Of a stretch of DNA of 63,821 bases, positions 26,428-35,664 are shown piece by piece. The position numbers were made by a program, and so were the translations under genes. The notes below the pieces were generated by a model, which ran no database searches, was not told where the DNA came from, and saw nothing but the letters and a program-made list of their open reading frames with translations. This DNA is from Parasitella parasitica NRRL 2501 (taxonomy: Eukaryota > Fungi > Mucoromycota), in the NCBI GenBank assembly GCA_025201805.1, contig MU619380.1, positions 4,426 to 68,246 on the forward strand, written 5' to 3'. The first letter of the stretch is position 1; every line of letters starts with the position of its first letter.

Positions 26428-26984
26428 TCGTCAAAAAAAAAAAAAAGGATCATCTCTTATATATTATAAATCTTTTTCCATTTTGTGTATCTTTAGTTTG
26501 AGCATATATATTTCCCCTTTTTCCTCTCTACATATCTTTATTTTTGTCTTTCAGCCAAGATGAATCTATCAAACAAGTAATGAAATAAAACCAACTTTTT
26601 TTACCATGATCAATGCAAGAGAGTAATGCCACCCTTCCTTCTCCACAAATGCATGTCCAAATCAAGATCAGAAAAACCTGTCTGTTTAGCAACATTTAAA
26701 TTAAAGGTTCCGTACTTGTGCTGAATATACGGTGCGGCTGGAAAGTTGTCACCGTATTTCTATTTCTTTTTCATTAATTACAAGCTTCCGGATTTTGGTT
26801 TAAATTTCATCGTCAAGATGTAATAATGATGAGCAGTTCGTCATTGAGATGGCACTTTTTCCAATATGTTCTTTTCAGTGTTACCATACCAGTGTTTTTA
26901 TTTAAAAGGATTTGTTCTTAGAGTTAATCTCTCTCTTTCTCTACTTTCAACATTAATTTTTAAGCTTACAAAATGGTTACTAGG

Positions 26985-27572
26985 TATCAGCAGTGGGCGC
27001 AAAGTTGTTGTAGACATATACATGTTGGCAAAGGACAGAAATATCATTGCCAGGCAGAAGCATATTTTATTACGGAATACGAATCAAGTCAGCTGTGTTG
27101 GGCTGAATAGGGAAGGAGCCATTGCCAATATCAAGCAAGAAATCAGCAAAATTTTGCAATGAGGTGGCCAATGCAGCGTCATGTAATGACATGGCTTGCT
27201 AAACTCTCATGCTTGTTGTTAATTCGAGTACTTGTACATGCAGCCAAAGATTTGAGGTCAGAATGCATGCTTGAATAATTTCTTCTTTACTGCCATGAGG
27301 AACCATAGGTAAAATTTGACGAAAATTGCCAACAAATACAATAAATTTTCCTCCAAAGGGAAAATCTGCCTGTCTTTCGTCTACTTGAATATTTGCTTCA
27401 AGACATCTTTAAATGTCCTGTCTACTGTTTCTAGAACATCACAGCATTTCATCGATGATTCATCCTAAATAAATATAAGGCTTGCTCCAGGAAATCTTGG
27501 TCTCAAAGAACACACAGATGAATCATTGCATCTAAGAGGAATACTAAATTTTGAGTGAGCAGTACGGCCATC
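26985..27572 (-). mobile_element. Helitron RepHel (Pif1-type helicase) pseudogene fragment
   Basis: Manual translation gives DGRTAHSKFSIPL..SSVC..LIFI*DESSM..ETVDRTFKDV / PFGGKFIVFVGNFRQILPMVPHGS..W..LTTSMRV*..FADFLLDIGNG..IRIP**. These are consecutive Pif1 motifs, with stops and one frameshift. Confidence 0.85.
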
Positions 27573-27975
27573 TTTTTAACTGTAACACTTGGTGCATGAA
27601 AGATGGCATTGAACAAAAAAATATGACTGTTTTTTACGATTCAATTTTAAGCGCTGGTGACCGTTTTTTACGATTTCTATCATTTTAATATAAGAGAAGA
27701 AGAAGATGATAAAATGAGTTTCGACATTTTTTCGCATTGAACGACACGACACCCGACTCGGAATTGACGACAATTCATACCGGGAAAAGTGTAAGAAAGA
27801 TAGCTAAAAGAATACGGCCCTTTGCTGTCTTATATCATAACCCACTTGAGAGGGAGAAGAAGAAAATGCCCCATAAAAATGCTACCTTACTTCAAATACC
27901 GTACCACTCTTAAAATCCCTCCACAGCTTTGATGTGTCAATTTCCCAGGCGGAAGTCAAGCCCAAGTAAACTCAG

Positions 27976-28468
27976 AACTGGCAATATATATATTTCAAGG
28001 CGACAACATCTCCATAGGATCTGGTGAAATCGTCTCGGAAGCTACTTCGCGTGCTGCTGCTGCTAATAGTCACTCCACCTCTGATTTCGGCCGCAGAATA
28101 GATGTACTCATTCATAATTCTTGCTACGGTATTCGCAATGAATACTGTTGTGTTGAATTTTAGAAACAAGACGCAAAGACGGGACTCTTGACATCCCAAC
28201 AATCGAAAAATATACGTATCAATGGCGCCATCCTGAATGATTTGATGGCCAAAACAAACGCAGATGACATTTACTTGATTTATATGGATTTTTGGGGTGC
28301 TGATGGATATGTCGCCGGCTTAAAGCTCTTTGAGAATGTACACCTTGTTCATCAAATCAGCTCTATTCATTTGCCTGTCAATCTCATCGAGCTCAAAGAT
28401 TTTCGCGCCACCATTAAATTATTGTATCAATGGCGTCAGCATATATTACACCAAAGCCAAAGACTAGC
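27976..28468 (+). pseudogene. PD-(D/E)xK restriction-endonuclease-like protein pseudogene (Crinkler-REase-like family), 5' part
   Basis: Reads IFQGDNISIGSGEIVSEATS..FGRRIDVLI..EYCCVEF*K..QQSKNIRINGAIL..MDFWG..LP..LYQWRQH. The TAG at 28161-28163 replaces the Lys of the ExK motif. Confidence 0.6.
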
Positions 28469-30189
28469 CACGGGTTACAAGTACCAGCAAGCATGCAGTC
28501 ATTCAAAGTTTGGATAAAAAGCTGGCTGATATATCATCAAATGTTGCCAGTACTTCTGTCAGCATGAACCAAAATGGCAGTCTGTCTCTAGAGCATGCAT
28601 CTTTGGATGACGAGATGACAGACTGCACCAACACTGGCAGTGATGAAGNNNNNNNNNNNNNNNNNNNNNNNNNNNNNNNNNNNNNNNNNNNNNNNNNNNN
28701 NNNNNNNNNNNNNNNNNNNNNNNNNNNNNNNNNNNNNNNNNNNNNNNNNNNNNNNNNNNNNNNNNNNNNNNNNNNNNNNNNNNNNNNNNNNNNNNNNNNN
28801 NNNNNNNNNNNNNNNNNNNNNNNNNNNNNNNNNNNNNNNNNNNNNNNNNNNNNNNNNNNNNNNNNNNNNNNNNNNNNNNNNNNNNNNNNNNNNNNNNNNN
28901 NNNNNNNNNNNNNNNNNNNNNNNNNNNNNNNNNNNNNNNNNNNNNNNNNNNNNNNNNNNNNNNNNNNNNNNNNNNNNNNNNNNNNNNNNNNNNNNNNNNN
29001 NNNNNNNNNNNNNNNNNNNNNNNNNNNNNNNNNNNNNNNNNNNNNNNNNNNNNNNNNNNNNNNNNNNNNNNNNNNNNNNNNNNNNNNNNNNNNNNNNNNN
29101 NNNNNNNNNNNNNNNNNNNNNNNNNNNNNNNNNNNNNNNNNNNNNNNNNNNNNNNNNNNNNNNNNNNNNNNNNNNNNNNNNNNNNNNNNNNNNNNNNNNN
29201 NNNNNNNNNNNNNNNNNNNNNNNNNNNNNNNNNNNNNNNNNNNNNNNNNNNNNNNNNNNNNNNNNNNNNNNNNNNNNNNNNNNNNNNNNNNNNNNNNNNN
29301 NNNNNNNNNNNNNNNNNNNNNNNNNNNNNNNNNNNNNNNNNNNNNNNNNNNNNNNNNNNNNNNNNNNNNNNNNNNNNNNNNNNNNNNNNNNNNNNNNNNN
29401 NNNNNNNNNNNNNNNNNNNNNNNNNNNNGCACACATTCCCACAATTCTTTGGTCATGATTCATGGTGTTTTGCTAAATCTGGATAGTGCTGAGAGGTATT
29501 GTAGAGTTGCATATGGTACAAAGCTTCATAAACACAAAGGATAGTAACCACCATATTGAAATATAGATATGCACGCCATGCCACATTTCAAATAGCAATA
29601 CTACCAAGCAAAGCAAAAGGAGATTTTGATTCATTTCTGGCGCCCATAATAGATGAAGTCAATCTTCTATCCGAAAAAACTCTTGTTGTCAAAGCAAATG
29701 GTGAAGCAGCGGTGAAGTGCAAAGTGTATATAATTTTTATAAATGGTGATGGTATCGAGGCAAATAGAATGCTGAACTTTCAAGGACATATGTCGTAAGT
29801 ATATTCAAGGTTCCAGCACGCAACGCAACATCATTAATCTATCTTGCACCTAGCACATATGGCTGCCGCTTCTGTATAGCAAAAGGAGAACACCGCACTG
29901 ATGGAAATAATGCAACTGGCATGTATTTTGCGGACAGAAATGCACCTCTAAGAAGCAAAGAAAGTCTTCTTTTGAATGACAAGAGCGCACTATTTGTAAG
30001 TTCTTGTGGTTACTATGCATATAATATTACTCGGCTTCAAGAATACTAAAAAACTTACCACCATCGTATTTTTTCTTAGAGAGATTCGGCTTACGGGATC
30101 AAAAAACCAACTGTCTTTGGCAAGCTGACTACTTTTGCTGGTGTTGAAAGCATAGGCTTTGAAGAGCTACACGCCATTAGTAACATAGC
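28469..30189 (+). mobile_element. CACTA/EnSpm-type (Tnp2/Transposase_21-like) transposase fragment with introns, partly hidden by a 780-N gap
   Basis: Reads SLVMIHGVLLNLDSAER-YRY..DFDSFLAPIIDEVNLL..NGDGIEA..FQGHMS-TYGCRFC..G..GMYF..GIKKP..FEELH. This follows the Tnp2 pattern D-SFL-P..EL, GD..A, F.GH..GCxxC and D/E-xH. Confidence 0.7.
28649..29428. other. Assembly gap (780 N)
   Basis: Run of N characters. Confidence 0.99.
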
Positions 30190-30343
30190 GCTTAGTGTCT
30201 TCAAAGAGAAGCGTAAGTACGAGACAGTTGATATCAGCCGCCCATCTACTCCTATATGCCTCAGCCCTAAAAGAGTACCCACAAGGGAGCCATTAGATAT
30301 GTATCACTCCCCCAGCAAAAACAAAACAACTAAAGGAAATTAA
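30190..30343 (+). pseudogene. Probable 3' remainder of the interrupted nuclease-like pseudogene
   Basis: Reads LSVFKEKRKYETVDISRPSTPICLSPKR..HSPSKNK..*. It joins in frame to ...HQSQRLA when the TAGC-flanked insert is removed. Confidence 0.45.
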
Positions 30344-31071
30344 TAGCCGATATTTTGTCCCATGTGCTGTACCTACCCCTTTGCCTTTATCTAATACCAC
30401 AACCATTCATATGTATTCATTATTACAAACAAACACAGTGCTAAAATCCCTTTCATGCTTTATACAATATATATCAAGAAAAATACCAAAGATTAACCTT
30501 GTTTGAAATTGGAAGCAATGATCTACATATCCTTCTTGAGCTATGATTTTAAAGCACATGTACATATTTTTGTAGAGTAGTTGGAGTAAGTATATTAAAC
30601 GATTTAAAAACAACCCTGATGTCCCTCATCAAATTAAACCGTTAAACTGTGCAATAAAATATATCAAGTTCTTATTGTATATTATTATTGTATTCCAAAC
30701 ACGTTTGAGCATTTGCAGTACTTCATTCAACATTCTATCAACTGTTTCCATAATTGCTCAAGTAAAAGACCTTTGCAATTGATTTGACTAGAGATTGATC
30801 AACTTATTTGTACAAAAACGCTTATCAAATTAACTTCAAACATCATATCAAACTAGTCATTTTTTTCTGGGCAACTTAACCTCACACAGGCGAGCAAAAA
30901 AATAGGCGGAAGCGCTGTATCAACAAGTTTTTCCCTACTTTTGTAATCATGCTCTGTGTTACAATTGGTAGCTACTTTCTATCCATATTCCAAATTTGTT
31001 GTCATTGGGCAGCGGGACTCTGGTCCATGCAAAATAAAAATCACTGTTCACACTCATTTTGCAAATAAATC

Positions 31072-33098
31072 ATGGTGCTAGCAAAAGAGACCAACACAAA
31101 CAACAAACGGCACTATGAGCGGATTCCGTCTGTTGGCGATGAAAGCAGCTGTAGCGCTGAAGCAGATGTCGATATTCCAAATGCAGATGTAGAAAAAGGA
31201 ACCTTTTTTGTGTATTCGCTCGTATTTTGTGTTTGTATCGGTGGGTTTTTGTTTGGCTACGATACAGGAGGTATACAGAGAAAACGGCAAGGGAAATACA
31301 TTTGACAGTGGGTTCATTCATTTTTAAATCAGTTATATCTGGCGCATTACAGCCGATACAGAATGATTTCACCATGTCGACGAGGCAGAAAGAGTGGGTT
31401 GTTGGGGCAACGACCTTGGGCGCCATTTTTGGTGGTTTCTTTGCCGGCTTTGTAAGGATAACTCGCAGAATACATCTAAATTTGCTATTAATTCACTGTT
31501 CTTTGTACATTAGTTGTCTGACAGATTTGGAAGAAAGGTATGCTTTGATAGAAACAAAGAAGGGGGCTTTATGCAAATAATGCAATCTGATATGGTAGCC
31601 TTTAGTATTGTGCGCTGCTTCGGTTTTCGTAATAGGGTCATTATTCCTTACGTTTGCAATAAGCTACATTTCGCTATTGCTCGGAAGACTGGTTGTTGGT
31701 CTAGGTGTTGGTATTGCATCTATGATCATCCCCGTTTATATCAGTAAGATCACCCAACAACCACCTTTGATTTTTCACGGGCTAATGTCAATTATAGGTG
31801 AGGTTGCTCCTAAAAGCTTTCGTGGTCAATTAGCAACTTTGAACACGCTTGTAATCACGTTTGGCCAAGTTATAGCCTATGTTGTAAATATCATTTATGC
31901 ACAAAGACCAAGTGGTTGGAGATACATGTTTGGCATAGGCGCCATCCCTGCTATCATTCAATTAATAATCATGCCATTCATGCCCGAGAGCCCTCGTCGT
32001 ATGGTGGCTATCAATGATCTGGCTGAAGCTAAGCGTACTCTTCAACGGATTTATGGATCGACAGTCTCTGATGCTTTCATAGATAGTGAAATAGAAACTA
32101 TACAGGAAGACATGCTCCAAAGCAGCATAGGAACTTATCGAGACTTTCTATTGCCTCAATACCTAAAGCCGCTATTAATTGGTATCGTAGTAAACCATGT
32201 AAAATTCAACCTTATATTCAAACTGAACACTCATTTTGTGTGGTATAGCATGTATGTTGCAAGCAGCCCAGCAATTATCAGGGTTCAATACTGCCATGTA
32301 TTACGCAGCGACCATTCTTCAAATGGCTGGATTTCAAGACCATCAAAACTCGACGGTTGTGGCCCTGATCGTGGCAGTAACAAACATGGTGTTCACAATG
32401 ATTGCAGTAACTATTATTGACAAAACTGGCCGTCGCCGTATTCTCGTGTTTACTATGATGTCCATGATAGTCTGTTTATTTGCTTTGGGAGGATCTTTTG
32501 CTGTCCAGCAAGGAGGATTTATCGGAAAACAAGACACCTGTTTAGGCTACACAAGCCATTGTTCTCGCTGCATCTTGGACGATCGCTGTGGCTGGTCCAC
32601 AGATCAAACTACATGCATTCCAGTACATCGCAATACTGCGATATCAGACGCTACGACTTTATCGATCTGCCCTGAAAAGCCAACTGATGGCCTGATAACC
32701 TTTGTTTTGCTCTTTTCGTTGACGGCATATGTAGCTAGTTATGCCTTGGGCCTAGGCTACGTACCTTGGATCATCCAGAGCGAACTTTTCACCCTGTCAC
32801 TTCGCGGTAAAGCGAATGGCATAGCTACGTCCATCAATTGGGTCTGCAACCTGGTAGTAGCTTCTACATTTTTGTCATTGACCAATGCTTTATCAGCTGC
32901 TGGAGCCTTTTGGCTCTATGCTGGCATTTCAGCCTTAATGTGGGTTGGTATTGTAAAGTGGGTTCCAGAGGCAAGTATTAGGTTTTTTACTTGAACACTA
33001 TTTAAACGGATCTTTATTCACACTCATTTTATCTATCCTGCTTACTTTGATAGACATCAGGTAAATCTTTAGAAGACACTAGTACATTATTCCATTGA
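31072..33098 (+). CDS. MFS sugar-porter, myo-inositol/H+ transporter-like (ITR/HMIT/INT)
   Basis: Motifs include GGFLFGYDTG, SDRFGRK, GRLVVGLGVG, EVAPKSFRG, MPESPR, QQLSGFNTAMYY, DKTGRR, VPWIIQSELF and PE-TSGKSLED. Confidence 0.93.
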
Positions 33099-33712
33099 GG
33101 AATTCATTGGAACCGAGCCTATTGCTTTGACCACCATTATATTATAAAAATCACACTAGTCTAAAGTTGATAAAAAAAAATATGATCAGTGGTTCTAGAG
33201 TATGCACAGAGGAAGTGAGTTATACAAATCACAGCACATCAAGTGCTCAAATAAATAATATGATATCATTCAATGCGCTCACTAGTAACAAGGTCATTTA
33301 TTGTAATCAAGGCAATTATCTTTACAGTATGTAAGCATCAATCTAGGCTGATACCATACTATTGCTCTTTTGACAAAAATGATGTCAATAGCTCCATGTC
33401 AATATGGTTAGCGTATGCTTAGTATTTGACTCATGAGCGCATCAACAACCGAAATTCAACTGATCTTGCTCTTTTTTTTTTTTATATCATACATGTATAT
33501 TACAAAAATGACTATCCGTCAAGCCAAGGAATAGATAGCTGTGATACCCGGTGTAACACCCCACGTCTACTGTACATGAACCAGCACAAACGATCTTATC
33601 TTTGTAAAGCTTAAAAATCGATTGTGTGGGAAACCCCGTAATAAAAGAGTAGTAAATTTTGCTGATAACGAGTTTATTATAGATACATCTGTGTCGATAA
33701 AGAGCGACAGCC

Positions 33713-34622
33713 TTAAAGATTAGGCAAGGGAATGCCTGTGCGGATGTGCTCTGTGCGATTCCACCAGGCACGGATTCTTTCATCGCTCAAAACTGCAGTT
33801 TCAAAAATCTCAGGTTTGAGTGCCACCAAGAAGGTCAGATGCGACAGAAGGACCACATCAGCCCAGCCAGCTAAACACACAAGATATATAAACATCTTTT
33901 TGTTAATGCACGCACTTGCATATAAAGCACGTAAAGCTTACGTTTATCGCCTGTTAAATACGGATATCCTGCAAAATGAGAACTAACAAGAGCAATGCCG
34001 GTCTTAAGCTTAGCAACATTGTCCTTTACATCGCCAGCAAACTGCTCCAGCGATTTGCCTCTCATTGATGATTCACGGTCTTTTCTGAACCAATCCTGCA
34101 GCTTCTCATCGCCAGTAGAAGCATGAATGTCGAGTAAAACTATTCTGTAGACCGAGCTATTGATGCATTTGTCAGAATAATGTAAAAAGAACTTGTGAAG
34201 AGCAGTGTTGCCGTGGAAGAGAGAGGGATTATTGGGGAACTGCTCCTCCAGATAAACTGCAATGTCCCAAGAATCCACCACGGGTTTATCATTATGGACA
34301 ATGATTGGCACTGTTGGTCTGGATGAGCTTTTGCTATATATTGCATAGTTGGATCGAATGATTGGCATTGTAGTATTAGAGCAAACTTACGTGGTTGGAG
34401 GAATGATCTCTTGAATATTAGCAAAATTTACCCATTTTGTTTCATAGGGGATGTTCTTTGTTCGGCGGTGAGTCAAACAGCCCAAGTTTAATAGGTATAC
34501 AATTGCATGCCTACCTTCAAATTGAGTGCATATCGAGTCTTGCATGTATTAGGCGACCAGACCAATCCTGGCTTGTTGAGCAGTTCCAGATCATAAAATA
34601 CGAGTTTGTCGTTTTGGGGCAT
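33713..34622 (-). CDS. Glutathione S-transferase, etherase/GSTFuA-like (GST_N_3-type N-domain)
   Basis: Spliced FYDL..WSPNTCKTRYALNLK-NIPYETKWV, then TVPII..DSWDIAVYLEEQFP, YLTGD-GWADVV and RAWW. Confidence 0.88.
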
Positions 34623-34971
34623 GGGAAAAAATATAGGAGAAGAGGAACAGCTACAACAATTATACAAGTGTTTTACCAAGTCAGAAGGCTGTAGATTGGC
34701 TCAATGGACAAATTGATAAGATTCCGTCGAATCTGATGATTGGCTGCCTGCTATTGCTCACTTATCATTAATTGGCCTCCACATGCATTTTCAGTTCCTT
34801 GAACTTCCGTTGTATAAAAATGTTAAAAATGGCTACATGAGATCAGGTATCTATAGTGTATATATAGGGGCGAGGTATTTTTGAACTCTTTTTTTCTTTT
34901 TTTTTTTTTTTTTTTTNNNNNNNNNNNNNNNNNNNNNNNNNACTTGAAACTTTCTTGCTCCACTCTGCAAC

Positions 34972-35526
34972 ATGTCTCTGCCTCCACTTGTCTTTTTTTC
35001 TCTTACCCCAGAAGAGGACGATGATTCATACCCGACATCTCCCCAAGATTACCAGGAAGAATGTACCTGGATCGACGATTCAGAGTGTCAAGAAAACCTG
35101 TTTCAAATTGTCTCATTAACACCAGAGGAAGCCATTGTTGACAAAGATAACCACATTCAAACATCATTCAAACTGTTTTTTGAAGAATTGGGCTATCTGA
35201 CTGAAGAACCAAAGCCTATTGACCCGAATCGTGATTACGAACAGGAGGCAAAAGACCTGCTGAGCCAACGTGATAAGAAAGTGCGTCAAAAGCATGTCGA
35301 TCTTTTTTGTTTACCTTCATTAGATTCCTCAATGTCTGGATTATCGTCTTCATCGTCGTCAATTCATCATGAGCACCACATTATTGATACTAGATCACCA
35401 CATTATATGGGTCAGCCCCATCCACATGTCAATCACCATGGCAACAAAGAGCCGAATGCATCCTATCATTATGGAAATTATCACCATCACCAGCATCATC
35501 AATACAGACCAAGCAGATTACATTAA
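34972..35526 (+). CDS. Hypothetical protein, acidic N-half and His-rich C-terminus
   Basis: Intronless 184-aa ORF with ATG in good context, a TATA-like sequence upstream (about 34859) and AATAAA downstream. No domain was recognised. Confidence 0.65.
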   Translation: MSLPPLVFFSLTPEEDDDSYPTSPQDYQEECTWIDDSECQENLFQIVSLTPEEAIVDKDNHIQTSFKLFFEELGYLTEEPKPIDPNRDYEQEAKDLLSQRDKKVRQKHVDLFCLPSLDSSMSGLSSSSSSIHHEHHIIDTRSPHYMGQPHPHVNHHGNKEPNASYHYGNYHHHQHHQYRPSRLH

Positions 35527-35664
35527 TTCCAACTTCCCCTTATATATATACATATATAAATACACAATCCTGCTATATACCCCTCTTTTATACATATCAG
35601 AATATGATAATTTTGTTTATTTCAATAAAAAAAAAAAGAAAAAAAAAAGAGAGAGACACCCAAA

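Noticed and set aside
28503-29544. Long ORFs in the ORF track
   Set aside because: They are artefacts of translating through the 780-N gap.
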